Positions 8,958 to 17,783 of a DNA stretch of 64,000 bases are shown piece after piece. Position 1 is the first letter of the stretch. The number at the start of each line of letters is the position of its first letter. The stretch is from positions 1,184,001 to 1,248,000 of the forward strand of contig CBDFJQ010000002.1 in assembly GCA_965248575.1 (NCBI GenBank). The letters are read 5' to 3'. The stretch is from Planctomycetota bacterium (GTDB taxonomy: Bacteria > Planctomycetota > B15-G4). Under the pieces are notes generated by a model that saw nothing but the letters and a program-made list of their open reading frames with translations, made no database searches and had not been told where the DNA came from. A program made the position numbers and the translations under genes.

Positions 8958-10139
8958 ATGCCCCTCAGCAGCAACAGCCTGCGGCTTGCGCTACCGCTCC
9001 TCTGTCTGTGTGCCCTGCTTCAGCAGAGCTGCGGAAGTGCCAGTCGAGCTCGCTTTGCCAGTCTTGAGCTGGCGAAGAGCGGAGGGGCTCCGGAGGCGCT
9101 TGCAGGGGTGCGGTCCTCCGACCCTCTGATCCCTGGCATCTGGGGCTACTCCGCCATGGGCGTCGCTCGCGACCCCGCGGCCGCTCTCGAGTTCGTGAAC
9201 CGAGGCCTCAAGCATCAGCCTCGGGATGCGCAGTTGCTGCTGTTCAAGGCGGACCTGACGGGACGCACGGGCGACGAGCCAGCACTCTGGGCCGTGCTCG
9301 ATGACGCCCTGGCCGGCATGCCTGCCGCAAACGTCGAGGCCTGGCTGCGGTCGGCACGCGTGCGCGCCCATCTGGCGACGGACGATCTGGACGCGGCAGA
9401 GGAGGAGATCCTGCGCTTGGGAGGCCTCAGCTCCGCGGCCCCCGCCATGCTCGCCAGCAGCTGGGCTCTGCTCGCCCTGGGAGCAGAATCGCTCGGCATG
9501 CGCGAGCGAGCCAATGCCGCCATGGACCTCAGCCTCGACCGGGGCCCCGGCGCGAGAAACGCCCTGCAAGAAGGCACGAGCCTCCGGCCCGAGCGCCAGG
9601 CCGCTGGCCGGTCCTTGATTCGGCGCACGTCTGAGCGACATCCCGGCCAGACCGACATGGCCCTGGCCCAGGCGGTCGAACTGATGATCGCTGAGCGCTA
9701 CGCCGACTGCGAAGTAGCCCTGGCTGCGTTGCCGGTGCCTGTTCCCGCGCGGCTGGCCTCCGAGATCTTTGCTGTCCACTCCCGCGTCGTGCTGCTTCAG
9801 GGCAGGACCGAGGAGGGCTTGGCGGTCTTGCGCGATCAGCTGCGGCGAGACCCCACCAACGGCTTCGCCATCGATGTGTTGCTGGAAGCCTGGATCCAGC
9901 GCTCCGAACTCAGCGACCAGGAGATGGCAGGCCTGCTCGACCGCTCGTGGCGCGCGTTGCGCTCCCGGGGGGGCTCCCCTCGCGCCTCGGCCGTGTTCGC
10001 CAAGGTGGAAGCCGCTCTGCAGGAGATTCACAAACGCCTCGAGACTGAGCGCAAGACGGCAGAGGACGCCGCCCAAAAGGCCCTCGCTCCGGAAACAGGC
10101 CCCCCGGGCCCGCCGACGACCGCGCCAGACGCCCGCTAG
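8958..10139 (+). CDS. TPR-like helical-repeat putative lipoprotein
   Basis: Signal peptide ending QQS-C; TPR-like segments (ALEFVNRGLKHQPRDAQLLL, GRTEEGLAVLRDQLRRDPTN). Confidence 0.6.
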   Translation: MPLSSNSLRLALPLLCLCALLQQSCGSASRARFASLELAKSGGAPEALAGVRSSDPLIPGIWGYSAMGVARDPAAALEFVNRGLKHQPRDAQLLLFKADLTGRTGDEPALWAVLDDALAGMPAANVEAWLRSARVRAHLATDDLDAAEEEILRLGGLSSAAPAMLASSWALLALGAESLGMRERANAAMDLSLDRGPGARNALQEGTSLRPERQAAGRSLIRRTSERHPGQTDMALAQAVELMIAERYADCEVALAALPVPVPARLASEIFAVHSRVVLLQGRTEEGLAVLRDQLRRDPTNGFAIDVLLEAWIQRSELSDQEMAGLLDRSWRALRSRGGSPRASAVFAKVEAALQEIHKRLETERKTAEDAAQKALAPETGPPGPPTTAPDAR

Positions 10140-10155
10140 GTGCCGCCCGGTGGGC

Positions 10156-11070
10156 TCAGCCCAGCGCCGCCTGCACCCGGTCCACGACCGATTCCTGTGC
10201 CTCGCCTGGGGCGACATCCACCCAGCGCAGGTCCGGGAAACTCGCAAGGAAGATGCGCTGCCGGCGCACCAGCTGCCGCGTCCGGATCATGACGCGTTCT
10301 TCGGCGTCTTCGCGGCTCATGCTCCCGTCCAGCAGCGCCATGGCCTCGGCATAGCCGATGGAGCGCCCCGCCTCGGGTGCGAAATCGGCTCGCGCCCGCA
10401 GCGTCTCCACTTCCTCGAGCAGCCCGCCCTGGAACATGGCCGAGACCCGCTCGCGCACCCGGTCCTGGTGCGCCTCCGCCTGATGACGCAGAGCCACCGC
10501 CTGGAAGCGGCCCTCGATCGGGCGCCGCGTCTCCTCCTTCTGCCAATCCGAAAGCGGGCGTCCCGTGAGCCGGTGGACCTCGAGCCCACGCATGAGACGC
10601 TTCTTGTCGCCCGGAAAAAGCCGAGCCTCCAACACGGGGTCCACCTCGGCAAGCAAGGCCCGAAAGTGCGCCTCGCCCTGCTCTTTCCAGAGTTGTTCGA
10701 ACTCCTCCCGCAATCCCACATCGGGCGGCGGCCCCGGGAACATGCCCTGCAACAACAGCCGCAGATAGAGTGGCGTGCCTCCGGCAAAGAGCACGGGCTG
10801 ATGGGACAACGACGTCTCGCGCACGGCATCCTCGACCCAACGGCCTGCGGAGTAGATCTCGTCATGGCCAACCAGGTCGAGCAACCCCCAACCCAACTCG
10901 TCCACGAGCGCGGCGGGTGGCTTGTCCGTGCCGATGTCCATCCCCCGATAGACCTTCATCGAGTCCATGGAGAGCGGACGCCACCCGTGTCGACGACAGA
11001 GCGCCGCCGCGACGGTCTTCTTGCCGCTGGCCGTGCCCCCGACGAGGACTCGGTGCTTCAGCTCGCGCAC
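10156..11070 (-). CDS. miaA: tRNA (adenosine(37)-N6)-dimethylallyltransferase
   Basis: GGTASGK P-loop, SMDSMKVYRGMDIGTDKP, AGGTPLY, SIGYAE, TRQLVRRQ. Confidence 0.95.
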   Translation of the reverse strand: MRELKHRVLVGGTASGKKTVAAALCRRHGWRPLSMDSMKVYRGMDIGTDKPPAALVDELGWGLLDLVGHDEIYSAGRWVEDAVRETSLSHQPVLFAGGTPLYLRLLLQGMFPGPPPDVGLREEFEQLWKEQGEAHFRALLAEVDPVLEARLFPGDKKRLMRGLEVHRLTGRPLSDWQKEETRRPIEGRFQAVALRHQAEAHQDRVRERVSAMFQGGLLEEVETLRARADFAPEAGRSIGYAEAMALLDGSMSREDAEERVMIRTRQLVRRQRIFLASFPDLRWVDVAPGEAQESVVDRVQAALG

Positions 11071-12341
11071 GGCCTCACCACGGAGACGGCCAGCGCATCG
11101 TCTCGGAAGTGCTCCGCCAAGCGCCGGTCCAGTTCGTCTCCGGTGATCTGCTCGACAAGCTCCAGGGCCGCGTAGGGACTCAAACCGTGGAAATGTTCCG
11201 AGAGCATTCCGAAGGCTACGTTCTCAGGGGAATCCAGCGAGCGCATGAGCTGGCCGTGGATCTTGCGCCGTACCCGCTCGAGGGCCGCACTCCCCACCCC
11301 GTCTCGGCGAGCGTCCTTGATCACGTCCCGCAATCGCTGCTCGAGCTTCTCCGGCTCGTCCGTGTCCCCACCCATGGTGGTGAATCCGAAACCTGACTCA
11401 CCGGAATAGGACGCAGAGAAACTCTCATCCACCAAACCGTCGGCGTACATCGATTCGAAGGTCGGGCTCGCCCGTCCCAACAGCGCGTCCAGGACGATCC
11501 GTGTGGAAAGTTGACGCCGCGCCACTTCGAGCGGGGCCCCCCCCAGAACCGTTTCCTTCACACCCAACAAGAGTCGCGGCCGGGACACCGACAGCTCCTC
11601 CTCGTGCCGATCACTGACGGGCAGCAAGGACTCCGCAGGCGAGACGCCGCGCACATGGGGCTCCCGGTCATCGACGGGGCGTTCGCCCTGATCGCGTTCC
11701 ACGACATCCCTCACCATCTCCGGATCGATGGCGCCCGAAAGGGAGAGGCACATGTTGCGCGGGTGGTAGAACAACTCGTAGCAACGTTGCAGCGTGGCGG
11801 CATCGATTTTCGCGATGGACTCCACGCTGCCGGCGATGTTTTCGCGCACGGGATGCTCGGAGTAGAGACAGCGCAGCAGCCCGAAGAAGATCCGCCAATC
11901 GGGATCGTCGTCGTACATGCGGATCTCCTGGGCGATGATCCCCTGCTCCTTCTGCACCAGTTCGTCCGTGAACCACGGGTCCTGGACGAACGAGAGCAGG
12001 AGCTCAAGGCACGCCTGCACCTGGTCGGCCGTCGAGAAGATGTAGGTGGTCCCACAGAAGCCCGTCATGGCGTTGGTCGAAGCACCCAGCGCGCTGAAGC
12101 GATCCGAGACATCGCCCCGCTGATCCTCGAACAGCTTGTGCTCCAGGAAATGCGCCAGACCTTCGGGCAACGGCTGCCCCTGGCCGTCCGCCACGCGGTC
12201 CACGGAGCCGAAGTTGGTCCCCAGGGCTCCGAACGCTCCCACATAGCCCGGCCGCGGGTTCACCAGGACCCGCAGGCCCCGGCTCGACACTCCACTCAGG
12301 ATGGGTTCGGAGAGACTGTTGGGTAGGGATTCCAGCTTCAT
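11058..12341 (-). CDS. M16-family zinc peptidase, YmfH-like (active subunit)
   Basis: PEGLAHFLEHKLFE (HxxEH), GASTNAMT, VQKEQGIIAQEIRMYDDDPDW, FYHPRNM; ATGA overlap with the upstream gene. Confidence 0.88.
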   Translation of the reverse strand: MKLESLPNSLSEPILSGVSSRGLRVLVNPRPGYVGAFGALGTNFGSVDRVADGQGQPLPEGLAHFLEHKLFEDQRGDVSDRFSALGASTNAMTGFCGTTYIFSTADQVQACLELLLSFVQDPWFTDELVQKEQGIIAQEIRMYDDDPDWRIFFGLLRCLYSEHPVRENIAGSVESIAKIDAATLQRCYELFYHPRNMCLSLSGAIDPEMVRDVVERDQGERPVDDREPHVRGVSPAESLLPVSDRHEEELSVSRPRLLLGVKETVLGGAPLEVARRQLSTRIVLDALLGRASPTFESMYADGLVDESFSASYSGESGFGFTTMGGDTDEPEKLEQRLRDVIKDARRDGVGSAALERVRRKIHGQLMRSLDSPENVAFGMLSEHFHGLSPYAALELVEQITGDELDRRLAEHFRDDALAVSVVRPCAS

Positions 12342-13642
12342 GACAAGGTACCCCGCAAGACGAACACCGAATCCAAGACACACTCCGCGGCCACGGCCGC
12401 CACATCTTCGGGCGTCACGGCGAAGAGCTGCTCGAGAGCCTCTTCCGCGCTGGTCGCGCGGCCGCTCATGAGCCCCGTCAGCCGGAAGCCCATGGTCGCC
12501 GCCGGCGAGTCGGCCAAGGCGCGGAGGCGACGCTTCTGGGCCCGCACCGACAGGCTGAACTCCTCTTCGCTCACGCCGTCCCGGGCCAGGGTTTCGAGCT
12601 CTTCACAGACGAGTTCCCGGACGCGGTCCACGTTTTCGTGGTCGACGCCGGCCTGGACGACCAGGGTTCCGCTGTCGAGCACCGCCGAAGAGCCACAGCC
12701 GTACGCCAAGCTCTCGGCCTCGCGGACACGCTTGAAGAGGCGCGAATGGGAGCCGCCGCCGAGCACCAACGAAGCGAGCTTGCAAGCCGCCCCTGAAAGA
12801 CGTTTGGGGGGCAAGCGAAAGCCCATGGCGAGGCGACTCTGGGCCAGGGGCTGCGCTTCCTCCACCTCGCGCACCGGTCGTTCAGGAGGATCGGGGATGG
12901 GCACCGGCTCGCCGGGGGCACTCCGGGTCTCGACGCCTGAGAGTCGCGCTGCGGTCTCGAACGCCTGCTCCGGGCTCACGTCCCCCACGATCATCAGCCG
13001 GACGGGTGCCTGGGTGCGGACGTGATCCCAGGCCTCATGGATGTCAGCTTCCGTCAGGGCCCGGGCCTCCTCAGCGCTGCCCCAGGAGTGCCGGGCATAG
13101 TGCGTGCCCTCGTGCATCGTCTCCATCAGGCGCCGATAGGTGTGCAGGGGCTTGTCGTCGGCCAGAGACTCGATGGCCCGGGCCAGGTTGGTCTGCTCCT
13201 GAAGCACATGCTCCTTCCGGAAGCGCTCGTCCACCAGGGGCGGCCGGTGCAGGACCTCCTCCAGCAGGGCTGTCACCCGTGAAAAGAGGGGGCCATCGAA
13301 AGAGTGCCGATCCGCGATGGTCTCCACCCCGAAGCGCAGCAGCTGCCGAGAGCCGTGGGCCGTCACAGCCGCCAGCAGCTCGGTGTTGTAGAGCTCTTCA
13401 CAGCGCGCCGAGAGAGCCGAAAGCTCCGGATAACTGGCGGTGCCGCGCGTGATCAGGTCCGGCAGAAGGGCCCGGGCCGTGCGTCCCTGATCCAGCGGCG
13501 CCTCGACCAGCCAATGCAGGTGAACCGTCTTGAATCGGGTGGTTTGCTGCAGATGGACCTCCACCCCACCCGTGGAGGAACCGGGGCCAGAGCCCTGGGA
13601 GACACCGGGAGCGGCAAGCAGGCCGAGAGAAGCTTCAGACAT
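12338..13642 (-). CDS. M16-family peptidase-like protein, YmfF-like (inactive subunit)
   Basis: TTRFKT, RALLPDLITRGTASYP, QSRLAMG, LGGGSHSRLFKRVREAESLAY; no HxxEH. Confidence 0.85.
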   Translation of the reverse strand: MSEASLGLLAAPGVSQGSGPGSSTGGVEVHLQQTTRFKTVHLHWLVEAPLDQGRTARALLPDLITRGTASYPELSALSARCEELYNTELLAAVTAHGSRQLLRFGVETIADRHSFDGPLFSRVTALLEEVLHRPPLVDERFRKEHVLQEQTNLARAIESLADDKPLHTYRRLMETMHEGTHYARHSWGSAEEARALTEADIHEAWDHVRTQAPVRLMIVGDVSPEQAFETAARLSGVETRSAPGEPVPIPDPPERPVREVEEAQPLAQSRLAMGFRLPPKRLSGAACKLASLVLGGGSHSRLFKRVREAESLAYGCGSSAVLDSGTLVVQAGVDHENVDRVRELVCEELETLARDGVSEEEFSLSVRAQKRRLRALADSPAATMGFRLTGLMSGRATSAEEALEQLFAVTPEDVAAVAAECVLDSVFVLRGTLS

Positions 13643-13750
13643 GGAGGATTCCGTACTGATCGGGGATCGCGGACGATAGCGGAACAGCCCGTCTCAGACG
13701 AGGTGGGATTGCTCGTTGCCCCAGGCAGTCTGGAGCGCATAATCCCTGCC

Positions 13751-14569
13751 GTGCAAGGTGCCCTATCAGCCCCGTCGGCTGTGGCCTCCCTGCGAGCCTG
13801 CCCCCATCCGTGGCTGATCGGCGTTCTCCACCTGCCGACGCTGCCCGGTGCTCCGGGGGCTCGTGTCCCCATCAGTGACGCGGTCAGGCACGCGGTCGAG
13901 GACGCGCTCGTTCTCCAAGGTCTCGGCTTCAGTGCCGTTATGGTCGAGAATTTCCACGATGTGCCATTCCCTGCTGGACACGCCGCTCCCGAGACCATCG
14001 CTGCGATGGCCGTCGTGACGCGTGCCATCACGGAGGCCGTGAAGATTCCCGTCGGCGTACAGGTTCTCCGCAATGATTCGTTGGCCGGGCTCGGCATCGC
14101 CGTCGCCTCTGGGGCCAGCTTTATTCGGGTGAATGTGTTGAGTGGAGCGGCAGTGACCGACCAGGGGTTGATCCAGGGACAGGCCGATGTCCTGCTCCGA
14201 CGCCGCGAGGCGTTGGGGGCAGATGTCATGATCCTCGCGGATGTGGACGTGAAACACGCCACATCCCTCGACAGCAGACCGCTGACGGAACGGGCCGCCG
14301 ATCTGGCGAACCGTTCCGGCGCTGATGCTGTGCTCGTCACCGGGAGCGCCACTGGCGCTGCTGTCGACCTCGATCAATTGGCTTCCGTGAGCCATGCAGT
14401 CGCACCCACGCCGGTGTTGGCTGCCAGTGGAACCACTCCAGACACCTTGCGCGCAACCCTTGATCGCTGTGCCGGCACGCTTGTCGGCAGCGCACTCAAG
14501 GGAGAGATGGCAGGGCGAGTCGATCCGATTCGCGCCGCCGCCTATGCAGAGCGCAAACTTCATGAGTGA
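13751..14569 (+). CDS. BtpA/SgcQ family TIM-barrel protein
   Basis: IGVLHLPTLPGAP, MVENFHDVPF, GVQVLRND, FIRVNV, ADVDVKHA, VTGSATG; start codon uncertain. Confidence 0.88.
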   Translation: MQGALSAPSAVASLRACPHPWLIGVLHLPTLPGAPGARVPISDAVRHAVEDALVLQGLGFSAVMVENFHDVPFPAGHAAPETIAAMAVVTRAITEAVKIPVGVQVLRNDSLAGLGIAVASGASFIRVNVLSGAAVTDQGLIQGQADVLLRRREALGADVMILADVDVKHATSLDSRPLTERAADLANRSGADAVLVTGSATGAAVDLDQLASVSHAVAPTPVLAASGTTPDTLRATLDRCAGTLVGSALKGEMAGRVDPIRAAAYAERKLHE

Positions 14570-17027
14570 ACACCCCGTCCGCCACGCGGACACAATCATC
14601 TTTCCTGCCAGCCTCGACCCCAAGGGCGTCTCCGTCGTGCGACGCCTGCGCGAAGCTGGATACGAGTCCTACCTCGTCGGCGGCTGCGTCCGGGACTTGT
14701 TGTTGGGGCACATTCCCAAGGACTACGACGTCTCGACCGAGGCGCGACCCAGGCAGATCCGGCGCGTGTTTCGCAACTGTCGGGTCATCGGTCGGCGCTT
14801 CAAGCTGGCCCATGTGCACTTCGGCGATCACATCATCGAAGTCGCCACCTTCCGGCAGAACCCCACCCAGGACTCCGTAGGCACTGTGGGTGAGGTCGAG
14901 AGCCAGCCCGCGCAGGGCGCTGGACCGGAAGGGGAACCGCCAGTGGATGCCCCAGTGGATGCCCCAGTGGATGCCCCAGTGGATGCCCCAGTGGATGCCC
15001 CGGTGGATGCCCCTGTGAATGCCCCGGTGGATGCCGAGCTGGATGCCCCGCCAGAGGCGCCCAGCGCCGAAGAGGCCGACGAGCTGCTGATCACCCGCGA
15101 CAATGTCTACGGCACTGCCGAGGAAGACACGCTCCGGCGGGACTTCACCATCAATGCCCTGCTGTACGACGTGCTCACGGACGAGGTCATCGACTACGTC
15201 GGCGGTGTCGCAGACATCAACAGCCGCACACTGCGCACCATCGGCGACCCCATGGTGCGAATCGCCGAAGATCCGGTGCGCATGCTGCGCGCCGTCAAGT
15301 TCACGGCCCGCCTCGATCTGCAGCTGGAACCTTCCCTCGATCACGCCATGCGTGAGTGCTCCACCTTCATTACTCGCAGCGCCCCTCCGCGCGTGCTCGA
15401 GGAGATCTTCAAGCTCCTGTCCTGTGGTGCCGCCAAGCGTTCCTTGGAGCTCCTGCTTGACTACGGCCTGCTGGCGGAACTCTTGCCGGAGGTCGCAGAG
15501 CATTGGACAGAAAACAGGGAGACGCTGATCCAGCTGGGCGCCGCACTCGATCACGTCGACAAGGCTCAGCGCAAACTCAGCAATGCGCTCCTGATTGCGG
15601 TGTTGTTCCATGACCCATGGCGCAAGATGCTCGACCAGTCTGAGCGTGTGGACCCCCTGGTGGCAGCCCGTGACCTGATGGCGCCGGCAGCTCTGCGCAT
15701 GAACATCCCGCGTCGGGATGTCTCCTCCGCGTCCCAACTCCTGCTCAACCAATCGCGGCTCGAGCGCTCGCGCCGCGGCCGTCGATTCCGCATGCAGGAT
15801 TTCCTCGCGCGCCCCACCACCGTCGAGGCCATCGACCTGCTCTATGTGCGCGCCCTGGGGGGCGCAGCCGACGCCGAGAACCACGCGCGCTGGGCCATGC
15901 GACTGCTCGAACACTGCGGTGCCGAGGCCATTCCGGGTGCTCCGCGAGCGGAACGTCCAGCCCAAGAAGAGGAGAAGCCTCGCCGTCGACGGAGTCGCGG
16001 CGGACGACGGCGGTCGTCCAACCGTGGCGATTCGGACACGGCGCAGCAGTCGTCTTCAAGCCGATCCCAGGGCGAGGGGCGTCGCCCTCGCTCGCAGCCC
16101 GAGGAAGGGAATGCTGCAGCCGGTCAGAGCTCGCGTTCCTCCAAGGCTGCTGGCTCGAATCGACACAACCGGAGCGACAAGGTCGCTGGAGAAACCGCCG
16201 GGGCCCATCCGCAGCCACCAGTGGCGGCATCTGAGCCTTCACCTGGGACCTCACCTGGGCCTTCAACGGCACCGGTCAGCGCGGCTCCCGCCCCCGAAGC
16301 ACCGTCGGGTCTCAAGGGCAAAGTGAAGGCGCTCTTCCGGCGCGTTCTGGGGCGCTCCGACGTCGCCGGGGATTCGGGGGCCGCAGCAGCCGGATCGGCC
16401 GCGCCAGGCGGGTCACCGGCGTCGCCCACAGCGCGCACCGGTCCGACGAACACTCAGCCCGACACGCAAAGCGGATCGTCAGACAGCACGCACGCTGAGT
16501 CCACGGAGGCCGGGCAGCGCACCGGGTCAACCACGAGTTCCTCCGATGCATCGGGCGGGACTCGCAGCAGAAGTCGCTCACGTCGCCGCCGCCGTCGCCG
16601 GTCGTCCACCGGCTCATCCACTGGGAACGAGCAGCCTTCAGAGAATGGAGAGCACCGAGAGCCGACAAGCGCTTCGGATGGAGACCGGAGCGACTCCGCA
16701 TCGACATCGGCGAGGCAGCAGAGCGGCGACGGCAAGTCGCGCTCGTCCCGCGGCCGTCGTCGCCGAGGATCACGCTCTGGATCTGGTGCTGGCTCCGGCA
16801 GCGGGAGTGGCGGCGGTTCCCGATCCAGGGGCGGTGAAGCCCCGAGCGAGCGAGGCAGCTCCGGCGGATCCAAGAGGAGTGGCGGCCAACGAAAGAAGAG
16901 CGGCACGTCCGACTCCAAACCGAGGTCCGGAGGCCGCGATCCCACTGACCCGAAGGAGTCCTCGGCGGAATCATCTGACCCGTCGCAGCGTCACCCCGAA
17001 GACGTCGAGGACATGTTCGACTGGTAG
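14562..17027 (+). CDS. pcnB: Poly(A) polymerase (PcnB family) with internal repeat insertion and long disordered C-terminal tail
   Basis: YLVGGCVRDLLLG, PKDYD, PAP-diagnostic VIGRRFKLAHV, EVATFR, RDNVYGTAEEDTLRRDFTINAL, EDPVRMLRA. Confidence 0.88.
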   Translation: MSEHPVRHADTIIFPASLDPKGVSVVRRLREAGYESYLVGGCVRDLLLGHIPKDYDVSTEARPRQIRRVFRNCRVIGRRFKLAHVHFGDHIIEVATFRQNPTQDSVGTVGEVESQPAQGAGPEGEPPVDAPVDAPVDAPVDAPVDAPVDAPVNAPVDAELDAPPEAPSAEEADELLITRDNVYGTAEEDTLRRDFTINALLYDVLTDEVIDYVGGVADINSRTLRTIGDPMVRIAEDPVRMLRAVKFTARLDLQLEPSLDHAMRECSTFITRSAPPRVLEEIFKLLSCGAAKRSLELLLDYGLLAELLPEVAEHWTENRETLIQLGAALDHVDKAQRKLSNALLIAVLFHDPWRKMLDQSERVDPLVAARDLMAPAALRMNIPRRDVSSASQLLLNQSRLERSRRGRRFRMQDFLARPTTVEAIDLLYVRALGGAADAENHARWAMRLLEHCGAEAIPGAPRAERPAQEEEKPRRRRSRGGRRRSSNRGDSDTAQQSSSSRSQGEGRRPRSQPEEGNAAAGQSSRSSKAAGSNRHNRSDKVAGETAGAHPQPPVAASEPSPGTSPGPSTAPVSAAPAPEAPSGLKGKVKALFRRVLGRSDVAGDSGAAAAGSAAPGGSPASPTARTGPTNTQPDTQSGSSDSTHAESTEAGQRTGSTTSSSDASGGTRSRSRSRRRRRRRSSTGSSTGNEQPSENGEHREPTSASDGDRSDSASTSARQQSGDGKSRSSRGRRRRGSRSGSGAGSGSGSGGGSRSRGGEAPSERGSSGGSKRSGGQRKKSGTSDSKPRSGGRDPTDPKESSAESSDPSQRHPEDVEDMFDW
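14940..15047 (+). repeat. 12-bp in-frame tandem repeat CCAGTGGATGCC (PVDA)n inside pcnB
   Basis: Five perfect copies at 14940-14999, then four degenerate copies (CCGGTGGATGCC, CCTGTGAATGCC, CCGGTGGATGCC, GAGCTGGATGCC). Confidence 0.95.
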
Positions 17028-17042
17028 GCGCCGCGTCAGGCG

Positions 17043-17783
17043 TCAGTGCGGGTTGAAGGTCTCGTCGTCGTAGCGATGACAGGCCTGGCAAGCGAGGGCA
17101 TCCAGGCCGTGGACCACGGCCTTCCGCTCCGAGCGCGACACCTGGAAGCTGTGACCCTGGCGCAGGACCACCGTCCGCGTGTCATTGTCGTGCACGAGCA
17201 CCGCGGGGCCACGCGTGACATCAACCTGGATCACGCGATCCCCTTCCACCTTCAGCGGTGCGACCTCACCTCGGGTGCAGTTGTTGAAGGCGATCCCGAT
17301 CCCGGACTCGAAACGTTCGCGGGTCACGGTGTGAAAATAGCCGGTACTGCCAAAGGGCGTGGCGAACACCAGGCCATCACCGGTGGTCTCGACTCCGACC
17401 TCGTTGCCGTCCACGTAGAGCCGGAAGCGCAGTGCCAAGGCGGGGTTGTCATTGCGCAGGACGACGTCGTTGAGCGCATGAAAGCGGGCGTGGCCCAGGC
17501 GACAGACCAGCATTTCCAAACTCGCACACTCCAGGTCACCGTCCCGGAAGCGCTCCAAGACAGCTTCCAGCTCGTGCAGCGGACAGAGCTTTGCCGAACG
17601 ACCCAGGCGCGCTGACAACTTGGGCACCCCCGGCAACATGCGCTCGGCCCGCAGCAGGGTTCCATCGCCGCCATGGCACAAAACGATGTCGGGCTCCCGA
17701 TCCACCACCTCGAAGCCGGCGGCCGAGGCGCACTCCGCGGCTCGCTCCCGGAGGTCGCCCACGATCATGATGCGCTGGCTCAT
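17043..17783 (-). CDS. nadK: NAD(+) kinase (short form)
   Basis: GGDGTLL, ALNDVV, GDGLVFATPFGSTGY motifs. Confidence 0.85.
   Translation of the reverse strand: MSQRIMIVGDLRERAAECASAAGFEVVDREPDIVLCHGGDGTLLRAERMLPGVPKLSARLGRSAKLCPLHELEAVLERFRDGDLECASLEMLVCRLGHARFHALNDVVLRNDNPALALRFRLYVDGNEVGVETTGDGLVFATPFGSTGYFHTVTRERFESGIGIAFNNCTRGEVAPLKVEGDRVIQVDVTRGPAVLVHDNDTRTVVLRQGHSFQVSRSERKAVVHGLDALACQACHRYDDETFNPH

Noticed and set aside
14940..15047. Repeat array as a possible CRISPR
   Set aside because: The 12-bp units are directly adjacent with no spacers, lie in frame inside pcnB, and no cas genes are present.
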